The notes beneath the pieces are model-generated. The model saw only the letters and a program-made list of their open reading frames with translations, had not been told where the DNA came from and made no database searches. Source: Chiloscyllium plagiosum (lineage: Eukaryota). From it: a DNA stretch of 64,000 nt. Below, piece by piece: positions 50,770 to 64,000 of the stretch. The stretch is taken from NCBI RefSeq assembly GCF_004010195.1, contig NC_057711.1, forward strand, positions 83,050,659-83,114,658, read 5' to 3'. The position numbers and the translations under genes are program-made. Every line of letters starts with the position of its first letter. Position 1 is the first letter of the stretch.

Positions 50770-51302
50770 CACTCACCAAAACGAAGGACCCGATACCCAG
50801 CATGAGCAAAACCAATGTAGTGTATAAAATCCCATGCAAGGACTGTACAAAACACTACATAGGACAAACAGGAAGACAGCTAACGATTCACATCCATGAA
50901 CACCAACTAGCCACGAAACGACATGACCAGCTATCCTTAGTAGCCACACACGCAGATGACAAGCAACATGAATTCGACTGGGACAACACTACTATTATAG
51001 GACAAGCCAAACAGAGAACAGCCAGGGAATTCCTAGAGGCATGGCACTCATCCACAGATTCAATCAATAAGCACATCGACCTGGACCCAATATACCAACC
51101 ACTACAACGGACAGCTGGAAGCGGCAGATTCAAACTGCTATAAATGCCGGAGGAAACATCACAGAAGCGCTTCACAGGAGGATCCCAAGCACTGAGGATG
51201 TCACCTAGACAGGGAACGAAACGTCTGCAACACAAATTCCCAGCTCGGCGAACAGAACCACAATAACGAGCACCCAAGCTACAAATCTTCTCGCAAATTT
51301 TG
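50770..51302 (+). mobile_element. PLE 3' fragment with GIY-YIG endonuclease domain and hammerhead
   Basis: NVVYKIPCKDCTKHYIGQTGRQL..HIHEH...FDWDNTTII...REFLEAWHS...SINK: GIY-YIG of Penelope/Poseidon type, open through the domain. Confidence 0.9.
51189..51228 (+). ncRNA. Minimal hammerhead ribozyme motif (second family)
   Basis: gca-CTGAGGA-t-gtcacctagacagggaac-GAAAC-GTC-tgc; helix I gca/tgc pairs. Confidence 0.7.
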
Positions 51303-51399
51303 ATTCACTGATAGTTGATAGGGACTTGAAATTACTGATTATTTTCTTGATCTGGATGATGATTCTTTGGGTCTTGAGCTCTTTTTGTCACTCATTTGA

Positions 51400-52800
51400 C
51401 TCATTGTCACTGCACTCATTTTGTCATCTTGTTGTATTCCTTGTTGACCAAAGTTATTGAATCTTTATTGTAATACAGATTGTTGTTATAGTATTAGAAT
51501 TGAAAGCTGTTTAAGTTTTTGTTGTTCTAAATAATACATTCAATGCAAGCTTTAGTCTTTCTTCATCAGTATGGCATCTTCATTAAGATGAATGAAGATA
51601 TTGCTTTTTCCAAAATGGTTAAAGGATATTCAAACAAATCTGAGTGGAAACTTTCTCAACACAGTGTCAGCCAATAAGAGTCACATTGATTGTATGAGAG
51701 ATGACTACCATGATGCCATTCATGCTGATTTCTTCTGCGTCTGAGGTATTATTGTACCAATTTTGACATCTTGTGACCAGGGTTGAGCTTTCTTTCCTCT
51801 GATGCTGTTTCTTTCTCAATTAGAGTCAATAAACTTCTTAGTTGCTGAATAAAACTTGTATTCTCACTCCAATTTTTGAAAGAATAGATTTAACAAACTT
51901 CATTGTTACGGCTCTGAACCTTCAAATTCCAAGAAGTGTGGTTCTTTTTGTTCATCCACAGGACATAAGTATCATTGGTTGGGCCAGCGTTCATTGCTCA
52001 TCTCTAATTACTCAGAGGGCAGTTGACTCTTAACATTGCTGTGCACCTGGAGTCACATGTAGGTAAGAATGGCAGTTTCTTTCACTAAAGGATATTAGTG
52101 AACTAGATGGGTATTTCCCCAACAGTTGGCCATCATTAATTCCAGATATTTATTGATTCAAAATCCACCATCTGCCCATGGCAGGTTTCAAACTCAGGTC
52201 GCCAGAATTATTACCTGGATCTCCAGATTCATTGTCTAGCAATAATACCACAAAGCCATTTCCCCATATTAATTGATGTATCTTAAGCCTGTGGCTGAGG
52301 GATATTCTTAATTTGTTTATTGACAAATTTTCTAATTCATTTTCTAAAAATACTAAATGTCAACCAGAACTCTATTTCCCAGTCTAATGTTTTTGGGTTT
52401 CCCTCGAAGCGATCAAATCTACTTTGAGTGCTTCGTTTTCACCCTCTTTTTGTGGGTAGTTGATCTGGATGTATTCCCTTGGTTGCTAAGGTGCTTTTAT
52501 TTCTCCCATTGTTTTTTTCTTTTCTATTGAAAGTTTGTTCCCTCTATTACATGTTGGAAAAAGCTCTTATAGACTTGCATCTGTTTTTGATTGTTTTTCT
52601 GCAGGAATTTTCTGCTTGGAGATTTTTCCTTCACAGCTGTTCTATTGCTTTGTTGGCTGCTTGCTGATGATACAGCTCAACCAATTATCCTTTGGACAAG
52701 TTAGTTTTTTTGAGTTCTTCTTTTCACCAAATCATTCGAACTTATTTCTTGATCTTCACAACCTTTTCTGACTTTTGATTGAATCCTATCATGGTCACCA
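51400..52800 (-). mobile_element. Highly decayed Gypsy relic interrupted by a SINE
   Basis: Minus EKVSTQICLN / gatttgtttgaa region resembles integrase PWEKV..DLFE; weak. Confidence 0.35.
51950..52262 (-). mobile_element. Deu-domain-type SINE (SacSINE1-like)
   Basis: Minus: tggtattattgctagac..gaatctggagatccagg...gagtttgaaacc head, catctagttcactaatatcctttag core, L2/CR1-like tail. Confidence 0.6.
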
Positions 52801-53569
52801 TCTTTTATCATGTGGTTTTATGCAAATATCCAAGAGTTTAGGTGCAGAGCAGGCTCACTGGGGAAAAGGCAGGATGAAAAACTGTCTCAGGTTCCATTAG
52901 AATTTTGCTTTTTGCATATTAATAATAAATATTACTATACATGATAAGCTGATCTGTGTCAGCCTTTAATTCACTATTATACTATTAAAAGACTACTCCC
53001 TGCATGTGTTTCTTTCAATTAATCTAATCAAATTTCACACTAACTAACTCTGCTCACACTGTGCTGTTTATGGCCAGTGGGAGCTGTTCAGTGTCATGAT
53101 CACAAGATTGCTCCAGGATTCTAAAATCCTTCCACAACAGATATCTTGATGGTCACAGATTTTATGGAATGCTCTTTATCTTGTGGATGTGGAATGGATG
53201 ACTTTGGCTAGACTTAGTTTTATTTTTCAGAAAATCACAACAAATTATTCAAAGTGAATATCAAATATAATGAGGCAATTATATTGACCTCTACTTGAAA
53301 GATGAAACGAAAGCCCGGAACACTTCCAGACCTCAGCCGAGCATTGAAAAGTCTAAGATGCTCTTGTGGGACTAAAGTCTCTGTCCACAATTATATAGCG
53401 GTCATTTTGTATTCATTTATCCTTTACAAGAAAACATTTGCTCAGAGAGGAATTTGTGAAATAACCTTCCTCACTCTGATCCTACATCTACTCCACGGCA
53501 ACAATGCTTTGAGAGTTATTTTGATTTGATTCACCCCTTCTTTGTGACTTCTACTACCAGCCTGTTACT

Positions 53570-54720
53570 AAAGCTTGGAAAATCATAAAATGTTATGACC
53601 TTAAAGAGTGTGCCTGTGCACTGAGAGTGTAATAATACAAGGTGTACTCTGGGTGGAGGACTTTAATGCCAGGAGTGGCTCAGTAGCATCATTAATTATG
53701 GTGCTGATAGAAGCCTGAAGGACAAACCTGCTGGACTGGGCTTGCAATATGTGATGCGGGAACCATCAAGAGAGAAAAAGATATTTAATCTCACCTTCTT
53801 GTGGAGGCTTCGCCCCAAAATCATTCATCATGCTGCTTGGCATAGTCATTGTGCTGGATAAGATAGATCTATTCTGAAGCTATCAGCCATATCTGTACAT
53901 CCAGTTGAGGGATTGTGGGCCATCATAAGCAGAATTGTAGTAACCACAATGTGTGGCCTCATGACCGATCATATCTCTCATTTTACAATTACAATCAGAG
54001 GTCAGACCTGGTTCAAGAGTGGAGGAGAGCAGGCTTTGAACAGAACCAAACACTTAAAGAATGAGGTGCCAGCTGGGTGAAGCTACAACACAGGACTAGA
54101 CGCATGCTAAAGACGTGGAGCAGTATAGCATATTCAGACCTAAGTGATTTTCAAGCAAGTCAGAGGTTGGAAATCTGTAGTTACTAGCTTATCTCTTGAA
54201 TTCCCAAAACGTATAAATCATCTTTGAGGTACAAGTCAGGAGGATGTTGGAATACTCTACACAAGCCTAAATAAATGCAGTTCCAACAATATTCAAGAAG
54301 ATGCAACCCACTTGATTGGTATCCCATCCACTAACTTTAGTGTACTGTGACAATGATGCAAATTGTAAACAAGATGCACTGCAGCAATTTGCCAATTCTC
54401 CTTCATAGTGACTTCCAAGCTCATGATGTCTATCACCAAGGAAGATGCAGATGTATGGGTACATCACCAGCTGCAAATTACGCTCCAAGTCACATACCAT
54501 TCTCACTTGGTACTACATTCCTGTTACTCCAATATCAGAGGGAGTAAGTTCAAGATCCTCTTTGAACTTCCTTTCTTAACAGCACTGCAGGTGTACCTGT
54601 GGCAGTAAAACTGCAGCAGTTCAAGAAGGCATCTCAATATCACCTTCCTAAGGGCAATTAGAGACAGCCAACAAATGCTGATTTTGCCAGCAAATCCCTA
54701 GTACCATGAAAAAAATTAAA
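53570..54720 (+). mobile_element. Old CR1/L2-clade LINE relic with 3' tail
   Basis: gaggactttaatg (GDFN-like), caagtcaggaggatgttggaatactct, tail cagcagttcaagaaggca...agggcaattagagacagccaacaaatgctg. Confidence 0.6.
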
Positions 54721-55349
54721 AATGCCAGTAAAATTGGTACATTTCTGAGGAAATTCCTGGTTCCCGTAACTTGTTTCAGAATTCCATACACTAATTTAAA
54801 AGAATGGAGTGGGCATTGGTCCATTCAAATACTGTTTATTTGACATTGACGATATTTGCTGGATGATCGTGAGTTTGCAAAACATCATGCTGACAACCAA
54901 TTTAGGATTGTTCGGCATGTTCACGTGTGATGTACTTTCATATACAGGAACATACATATATTAACACACAGGATCATATTCTTTGCTGACAGAAAGAATA
55001 TATATGCACCCTATGTCTGTTTCAGCTCAATAAAATAGGTGACAACCATTTGCTGGTTGTCAGGGCAGTGCCATGACCAATCACAGCCAACCGGCCCAGT
55101 TTAAATTTTAAAAAAGTTTGGCAGTTAACTGTCAATCAACATTAATGAATGCATTCATCATGGCAGTACTTCTACTTGCCAACACAATCAACATGGTCCT
55201 CTTATGCACTGTAAATTGGTTTTCCCCTTGAATTGGTATTCTTGTGGATTGTCCTGATTAGTACAAGATGGTAAGCTTTATCAAAATGTGTCTTTTATCA
55301 GCAATACTCAATTTCTGGACTGTCAAATGACTAAATAAAGCATATTTTC

Positions 55350-56350
55350 TTTTGCTTTTCATACAGTCACTTCTTGATTACAGTAATTCTCTTGGAAAGT
55401 GCATACATTGGTAAATACTCTACTTGCTGGTGTAATTTTCCTTACTGCTGTTGGTGGATGGTGATGTGCAATTTGGATGTGTTGTCAATTTCTTTGCAGG
55501 ATTTAACCATTGCTTATTGCCATGTCGTACAAACTAAACTGTACACAATCCCATGTGTTTGCATGAACATCTCAGACAGGACTTTTTTGTCCTGGATCAA
55601 ATTGGGATAATTGCCTGCATGTTCATTAGTCATATTCTTGTACCACTTTCTCCCCTTCTTACCAACAATGTGGTTTGACAGTGAGAGTATGAGATTGTAA
55701 GAAGGAAGAACTGTGTAGATCTGTCCTCTTGTACGATGTGCAAGTGAGGGTAAATCATTGTCAAGAGAATAGGGCATAGCTTCAATATAGCTATTCAAAA
55801 AACTTGGCACATCAGTTCACATTTAATGATCGCAAAATTTGTAGTATAAACAATGCATTCTGCAATACTATTCAGCTGAGGGTAGTGAGGAAAAGAGGTA
55901 ATATGTTCAAAACCCTATTTCCTGCCCAAGTCCTTTGTACAACAGACAGTTGTTGGGTAAGGTTTTCGAGGTACACTGAATATACTGCATATGAGTGTAA
56001 ATGTGCCAACAACCATTGCACTAGCCTTATTTTTAATTTGTTGCACAGTGGGGAATTTGGTGAAATTGTCAATCACCACAATTAGTCATCATCTTGCATT
56101 GTCACTCAGAAGAATCTCATGTGGAAGGAGATGATAACACAAATATTGAAGATATCATGTTTTGCCAACAGCCACAAATCTGTGGCAAATGATATACATG
56201 CATCCACAACAACATACCATAGAGTGAAACCACACTGCCATATTAAGGTAACTGTATAAGAACTAGATCTGGTCATATTTATATCCAAAAAAATGTTATC
56301 TGAATGTAGAGAGACTGTTTGTATATGCACCCTTGAAAGGACTTCCATTT
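55350..56350 (-). mobile_element. Highly decayed Gypsy RT/RNase H relic
   Basis: Weak similarity: FLNSYIEAMPYSLDNDLPSL...LPSYNL (KFH.YI.G..F.L.TDH.PL-like); IISFHMRFF (T.F.TH.G.F-like). Confidence 0.35.
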
Positions 56351-57039
56351 TTTAAAGGGAAGAGGTAGAACGTTTTATTTCAATACAGGTTCAGATCAGA
56401 CACGCTTGTGTGTACTGGTGGGAATATATACTTACGTTATGTGAAAACTGAGAAGTATTGAACTGTTTGGAATCTCATTGTATTAAAATTTTATCAAACG
56501 TTTGAAGGGACACTTTGTTGTTTTTATGGAAATGAGGTGGGCACTGATCCTCCTCCTGCTTACAGAAAATCACAAGACTTTGCAAAAGTAACTAGGCAAA
56601 ACTATTAGAAAGATAAGAGATGGGATTTATTGCGCTTACTTTACAGAAAACATGGCTTTATCAAAAAAGTGGTTCTGTGCTAATGGTGGCTTAGCAACCC
56701 TTTCAAGAAGAAAAACCCAAAAGCTGGAGTAAAGCTGTAAGTCTCTCTCCTTCTCTTGATTGAAGCTAATTTGTGAATCTGACGATGTTTCAGTAGTTTG
56801 AATTCCTTGTCAGCCCTTAAAAGCAGAGTTGTGACAATTATCCAGAGATTTAGACCCATCTTGATTTCCATCCAAATCAAAGCCCTATTTAGAAAATCTT
56901 CCATCCGTCCATGGCTGTCAGAAATTTGAATCCATCAAAAAAAGCCCCAGTAATCTATATGTAATCACCAAAAATCAACATTTGTTTTTCAGACCATTGG
57001 TAAAAAGGTTTATTCCTTTCTTTTGTTCTTTTGTGGACT

Positions 57040-58160
57040 CGGCTCCAGGGTAGAGTATTAGTGTGGATAGAGGACTGGTTGACTGACAGGAAGCAAAGAG
57101 TGCTATTCTAGCTGGCAATTAGTGACTCGTGGTGTGTCTCAGGAATCGGTGCTGGGACCACAATTATCTACAATTTATATCGATGATTTGGAGTTGGGGA
57201 CCATGTGTACTGTGTCAAAATTTGCCAATGACACTAAGATGAGTGGCAGAGCAAACTGTGCAGAGGATGTGAAACTTTTCAGAGCAACGTAGATACATTG
57301 AGTGAGTAGGCAAAGGTTTGGAAGATGGCATACAATGTTGATAAGTGTGAAGTCATACATTTTGGTAGGAGTAACAATAAAATAGATTATTACTTGAATG
57401 GTTAAAAAGTTGCAGCATGCTGATTTGCAGAGGGACCAAGTGTCCTTGCGCATGAATCACAGAAGGATGGTCTGCAGGTACAAGAAGTAATTAGGAAGGC
57501 AAATAGAATTTTGTCCTTCATTGCTAGAGGGGTTGAGCTTAAAAGCAGAGAGGTAATGTCACAGCTGTACAAGGTGCTGGTGAGGCCACACCTGGAGTAC
57601 TGTGTGCAGATTTGGTTTCCTTACTAAGAAAGAATGTACTGACACTGGAGGGGTGCAGAGGAGGTTCACTCGGTTGATTAGGTTGATTCTGGAGTTGAGG
57701 CGATTGGCTTATGAGGACAAACTGAGTAGATTGGGATTATATTCATTGGAATTCTGAAGAATGAGGGGGGATTTTATAGAAACATAGAAAATTATGAAGG
57801 GAATTGATAAAATAGAAATAGGATGTTTCCACTGTAGGTGAAACTCGGACAAGAGGGCATGGCCTCAAGATTAGAGGAAGCCAATTTAGAACTGAACTGA
57901 GAAAGAACTTTTTCACCCAGAGGATTGTTAATCTATGGAATTTCTTGCCCAGGGAAGTAGTTGGCACTACTTCAGTAATTGCTTTTAAAGCTAAGGTCAA
58001 TACTTTTTTGAAGAATACAGGAATAAAGGGATATGGTGAAAATGTGGGTAAGTGGAGCTGAGTCCACGAAAAGATTAGCCATGATCTTATTGAGTGGCAG
58101 ATCAGGCTCGAAGGGCCGGACAGCCTACTCCTACTCCTAGTTCTCATGTTCCTATATTCT
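57040..58160 (+). mobile_element. CR1 RT C-terminal part and 3' tail
   Basis: caggaatcggtgctgggacc (QGSVLGP-like), aaatttgccaatgacactaag (KFADDTK-like), RPHLEYCVQ.W; tail cctactcctactcctagttct. Confidence 0.88.
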
Positions 58161-59605
58161 AAACTATCATCTCCACAGAGTCTCTGTTGTCTTTTGTGTT
58201 GTCTGAATGTTTTTGTGTTGGGATTAGAAGGTTACAAAGTTCTAGTTCTGAATTATATTTTATATGTTAATCAATACAGCAACTTGTTTTTAAGGATGGT
58301 TTCTGTTTCATAATAAATTGATTATTTTGAGTTCATTAAAGAAGCCTGGTGAAAGTCCCTTTTATTCTGGATAACAGTGCTAAAGGAAAACAATTGACCA
58401 ATTTGCTGATTCAATCAAAACATGTAAGTGATTCATACAGGACTGGGACTTGATAACACATCTATTCCTCCTATCATATTTGTATCACTTTAAGGCAGTC
58501 ACATGACATCATGACGGCTGATATGTCAGTATAAAGATATCCCGGCTCTCCTGCAGTCACTGTTTCAGTGTAATGGAATTGGTGTAGTCAGTCAACTGTA
58601 TGTATGTGTAATGAACAGTAACAGCAATAAACATAGAACCTTGCAACCGCAAGGAATGGTAAACTCAAATGTTTGTTTTTCTTGATACATAAAGACTGTA
58701 TGGTACTGCTTTAATATCTGTGAACATAGATAAAGTTTTTTTTAATGAATAAAGTATATTTTTTGCAATTAAGAAAAAGTCTGTGATATTATCGCATGTT
58801 CGTAGTGTTGTTAATAAACTTCAGATATCTAACTCAGGAAGAAACCAATTTTTTGTGGCATATTTGAATCAAATTAATGCATAGTAAATCACAAAAAGCA
58901 TCACAAAAAGTGACATGAAGTAAACTTTAAAATCCACAAGTGGTTAGGATCTGGAAGGATCTGCTTGAGAACATGACAAAGGCAAAATCAAAGGAGGCTA
59001 TTAAAGCAAAATTGCATTTTTATCTGTGGAGAAAGTGAGTCAAGATGAGTTGCTTTTGCAGAGAATCTGCATGCACACAAAATACTAAATATCATTGCCT
59101 TTGCACATAACCATTCTACGATATTAGATTGAACAGTTATTATTTCCTCCCGAACTACATTTGCAAAAGAGGGACTTATTGCTTCTACACTAAGTGAAAT
59201 CTACTTGTCAGCTATATTGCAGTGATTTCTGTTTGCAAAATCTTGACTGCCTGTGATCTTTGCAATATGTTGTACACTTTTAAAAGATCCTAGCATGCTC
59301 AGTTGAATAGCTGAGAGGGTTGGGTGAAGCCTCAGGACCCAGGTGCGGGAGAGTATCAGAAGTGCAAAGTTGAGTAAATAAGCTAAAATCAGAAATTTTG
59401 TAATTTGATCATCATAATTCTCCTATTAGGTTGAGAATCTTACATGCTTAAAAGATAGTAAGAGGTTGTGGAAAGGATATAGCAGTTACCACTTTTAAAA
59501 TCTAATGGAATGAAATGAAGATAAACTCAAAGATAGTGAGGACTGCTGTTTTTACCATAGTGACATGCAGGGAGAAGGCAATATCTGTGGAATGACATAA
59601 CTGGA

Positions 59606-59955
59606 GCATCATAGAGACATCAGAGCAGGAGTAGACCACTGAGCCCCTTGAATCTGTTCTACCATTCGATGTTTATGGCTGATCTGTGGCCTGACTCCAT
59701 ATACATGCCTTTGGCTCATATTCCTTAATACCTTTGCTGAACAAAATATTATCTATCTCGGATTTAAAATGAACATCAATTGCTGTTTGTGAAAGAGAGT
59801 TCCAAACCTCTACATTCTTTGTGTGAAAAGGTGCTTCCTAACATCTGTCCTGAATGATCTGGCCCTAAGACTATTCTCAGACTATTCCCCTTAGTGCTAG
59901 GATCCACAACCACTGGAAATAGTTTATCTTTAGTTACTGTCTTTTCTTGTTAATA
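59606..59955 (-). mobile_element. CR1 3' tail (second subfamily)
   Basis: Reverse-complement similarity to 57850-58150. Confidence 0.65.
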
Positions 59956-59959
59956 TTAA

Positions 59960-60395
59960 GCCATAGAGCCATACAGCACAGAAACAGACCCTTCAGTCCA
60001 ATCAGTCCATGCAGAGAATGAACTGGATTAATCTAGCCACACCTGCTGTTCTTGCCCCACATCCTTCCAAACTTTCCCTATTCATGTCCTTATCTAAGTG
60101 CCTTTTAAATGTTGTAACTGTGCCCGCATCCACCACATCCTCTCAAAATTCATTCCACGTGAACAACCCTCTATACATAAAAATGGCCCCCATGTCTTTT
60201 TTAAATCTCTCTCCTCTCACTTTAAAAATATACCCCTTAGTCTTGAAATTCCCCATCCTATGGAAAATATACCTACCATTAACCCTATCTATACCCTTCA
60301 TGATTTCATAAAACTCTATAAGGTCACCTCTCAAACTCCTATGCTCCAGTGAAATAACCTCCCAGCCTATCCAGCTTTTCTGTATAACTCAAACC
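59960..60395 (-). mobile_element. CR1 3' fragment
   Basis: RGDLIEFYEIMKGIDRVN...KTKGY.FKVRGERFK. Confidence 0.85.
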
Positions 60396-61379
60396 TCTTC
60401 TACTCCTCACTATCTCATCTAAAACAATAAAACCCCATAATAATGATTTGTCAGTCCTGTCCCTCTTAAAAGATTTAATTATTGGAATTCTCTGTCCCCA
60501 CCAATATTTTCAAAATGTAATTACTGAGATTGTTCAAAACACAAATCTACAAATTTCTGGAGACTAATGGCATCAAGATGTGTGGGGATAGTGTGGAAAA
60601 ATGGTGTTGAGATCGTTGGTCAGCCATGATCTGATTGAATGGTGAAGAAGTCTTTTCAGACTGAATGGCCTACTCCTATTCCTAAGCTTCAATGTTCGTA
60701 ATATAACTTGTACATGTCCATTATCATGCCAGTTGTAGTGATTGGAAACAGGGCCAGATGGATCTCATTCACTATGAGATCCTTGATTGGGGTTGTCAGC
60801 CTCGGCCAATCAGCAAGCCCTGGCTAACAGATATAAACAGGAGCTGCTCCTTTCTTTGAGATATTTTAAGTGTTGGAGCTGATTTCCTTGAATTTAGGAG
60901 CACTAATTATTGTTTTATAAGCTATTGCATTGTTTTGGAACTATGGGGAAAATAAAATCCAAAAAGAGCACTTTAAAAAGGAGAAAGAGAGACAAAGGTG
61001 ATAATCACATGGGAAGTGAAACAAACAGAGAAATAAACCTGCACAACTGTCTGGCCCAGCAGTGAACCTGCACAGCTGACTGCCTCTGCGGTTTCAAGTA
61101 ATTCTGGACATCAGAGTTTGTTAAAGGAAAATAAACAGACAGCGAAATTCACAGTTGACCTTGGAGAAATCTGTGTGGGGAAGCTCACAGGAGGGAGCAG
61201 CTAAATGGCTATTTTTAAAGAATAACCTTACTGTTTTTCTTTTGTAAATTTACAATAGTGAGTAGAGTCTGTTTTTTTTTGATTATATGATTTTATTGAG
61301 ATCTGTCTTTTGATTAAACATTAAAAATATAAGAACATACGTACTACATTAGCCTGGAGCAGTGTTTTTAGAGCAGTAA

Positions 61380-63750
61380 GACTGTACTATTTTCTGGACC
61401 TGTAGATTGTTAAGCTGCAAAGGTGCCCTATAGTACAGTGATGAACTCTTCCTACTGGATGTGGGAGGTTAGGGAGGTTTTCCACATTACTGATGATGAT
61501 GATGTCGGCAGGAAGTATGTTTGGTTGCGAATCCTATCAGAACGCATGGATCAGTTGGAGCAGCAATTAGAGACAATGAGGAATTTACAGGAGCTGGGGG
61601 TGGTGGTGTGATGGATGGCAGTTGCAGGAAAGGATATAAATCATAGATACAGGTAAATGGGTTGTCTCCAGGAAAGGTAGGAGAGGGAGGCAGACAGTGC
61701 AGGAGTCTCCTGTGGCTATTCCCATGTCAAGAAAGTATGCTGTTTGGAAAATGTGGGGCGCTGATGGACTCTCAGGAGAATGTAGCACTGACAGGTTTCT
61801 GGTACTGAGACTGGCTCTAATGTAATGAGGGGTACATCGGGTTCCAAGTGATTGATTGTGATGGGAGACTCTATAGTCAGAGGCACAAACAGATGTTTCT
61901 GTAAATGACAGTGAGACATCAGAATGGTGTGTTCCTCCCTGGTGCCAGCATCAAGGATAGCTCAGAGAGGGTGCAAAATATTCTCAAAGGGGAGTGGGAC
62001 CAGAGGAGGTCATTGTACACATTAAAACTAATGAGATAGGCAGAGAAAAGGACAAGATTCTGAGGAGAGAATATAGGAAGTTAGACAGGAATTTAAAAAG
62101 GAGGCCCTCAAAGGTAGTAATATCTGGATTACTCCCAGTGCTATGAGCTAGTGAGGGTAGGAATAGGAGGATAGAGCAGAGGCTGAGGATCTGGTGTAGG
62201 GGAGAAGGGTTCACATTTTTGGATAATTGGAATCTCTTCTGGGGTAGACGTGATCTGTACAGGAAGGATGGATTGCACCTGAATTGGAAGGGGATTAATA
62301 TACTGGCAGGGAGATTTGCTAGAGCTGCTCAGGAGGATTTAAACTAATAAGGTAGATGGTGGGACCCAGGGAGATAAAGAGGAAAGAGATCAGCCTGAGA
62401 CTGGTAGAGTTGGGAAAGGGAACAAGTCAAACAGTCAAGGCAGGTAGGAACAAAGCAGAGAACAATGTAGGACTGATAAACTGTATTTATTTCAATGCAA
62501 AAGGCCTTATAGGGAAGGCAGAGGAACTCAAGGCATGGTTGGGAATAATAGGATATCATAGCAATTATAGAGATGTGACTCAGGGATGGAGTGGACTGGC
62601 AGCTTAATGTTCCAGGATACAAATGCTATTCGAAGAATAGAAAGGCTGGGGGTGCTATTAGAGGAGGGGGAGTGGTGTTTTTGATTAGGGATAACATTAT
62701 GGCTGTGCATGAGGAAGATATTCCTGGGAATATGTCCAGGGAAGCTATTTGGAAGGAACTAAGAAATAAGAAAGGTATAATCATCTTATTGGGATTGTAC
62801 TATAGACACCCCTAGAGTTAGCTGGAAATTGAGAAATAAATTTGTAAGGAGATTTCAGTTACCTATACAGATAAAAGGGTGCCAATAGTAAGGGATTTTA
62901 ACTTTCCAGACATAGACTGGGACAGCCATAGAGTTAAGGGCTTGGAAGGAGAGGAATTTGTCAAGTGTGTAGAAGAAAACTTACTGATTCTATATTTGGA
63001 TGTACCTATTACAGAAGGTGCAAACCTTGACGTACTCTTCAGAAATAAAGCTGGGGAAGTGACTGAGATGTCAATGGGGGAGCACTTTGGGGCCAGTGAC
63101 CATAATTCTATTAGTCTTAAAATAGTGATGGAAAGGGATGGACCAGTTCTAGAAGATGAAGTTCTAAATTGGAGGAAGGCTCATTTGATGGTATTAGGCA
63201 AGAACTTTCAAAAGTTGATGGGGGGGGGGGGGGGGATGTTTGCAGGTAAAGGGATGGCTGGAAATTGGGAATCCTTCAAAAATGAGATAATGAGAGTCCA
63301 GAGACAGCATGTTCCTGTTAGAGTGAAGGATAAGGCTGGTAAGTGTAGCGAATGCTGGGTAACTAGATAAATTGAGGTTTTGGTTAAGGTTAAGAAGGAA
63401 GCATATGTCAAGTATAAACACCAGAGACTGAGTGAATCCCTAGAAGAATATTCAGGCAGTAGGAGTATCAGAGGGCAAAAAGTGGACATGTGATGTCTTT
63501 AGCAAACAAGGTTTAGGAGAATCATTACAAATACATTAAAGAGAAAAGGGTAACTAGCGGGAGAATAAGACCCCTTAAAGATCAGCAGGCCGCCTATGTG
63601 TGGAATCGTAGAAGATGGGGGAGATACTAAATGATGTATTTTGCATCAGTATTTGCTATGGAGAGGGACATGGAAGATACAGAATGTACGAAAATAAATA
63701 GTGATATCTTGAAAAATATCCATATTACAGAGAAGGAGGGACCAGATATC
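61380..63750 (+). mobile_element. CR1 LINE: ORF1 (zinc finger remnant and esterase) and ORF2 endonuclease, decayed
   Basis: MWEVRE...DQLEQQLETMR; GDSIVRGT; CIYFNAKGL; GGGVVFLIRD; LGLYYRHP; DFNFPDIDW; ASDHNSI. Confidence 0.9.
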
Positions 63751-63754
63751 TTGA

Positions 63755-64000
63755 ATATAAAAGCAGGGATGTACTTCTGAGGCTCTATAAGGCTCTGGTC
63801 AGACCACAATTGGAGTATTGTTTGCAGTTTTGGGCCTCATATCTCAGGAAGGATGTATTTGTCTTGGAGTGTGTTCAGAGGAGGTTACAAGAATGGTCCC
63901 AGAAATGAAAAACCTAACATATGGGGAATGTTTGAGGACTCTGGGCCAATGGAGTTTAGAAGGATGAGGGGGGATCTGATTGAAACATACAGAATACTGA
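63755..64000 (+). mobile_element. CR1 RT 3' fragment running off the window
   Basis: [33 protein letters not shown]. Confidence 0.8.

Noticed and set aside
55250..55290. Additional hammerhead (cctgattagtacaagatggtaagc)
   Set aside because: Both core segments are mutated; cannot be supported from this copy alone.

Overview
Repeat-dense vertebrate genomic DNA, very likely from a cartilaginous fish (HE1-type V-SINEs, shark-type CR1 LINEs, Penelope-like elements), with two N gaps (9418-10246, 37373-38148). I could not identify an intact host gene. The provided ORFs that can be assigned are transposon fragments; the rest look like noise. Main contents: (1) a decayed near-full-length Gmr1-like Gypsy LTR retrotransposon (8031-16113, minus; gag-PR-INT-RT-RH order) carrying nested insertions; (2) several older Gypsy relics, all on the minus strand; (3) many CR1 LINE pieces; (4) Penelope-like element (PLE) fragments; (5) SINEs. 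The most striking pattern is a set of short (about 95-190 bp) non-coding insertions that carry a minimal hammerhead-ribozyme core (CUGANGA-stem-GAAAC-GUC) or a remnant of it. They are flanked by 13-15 bp target-site duplications and are often fold-back shaped. Ends of old repeats are approximate, and family names come from motif recognition, not database searches.
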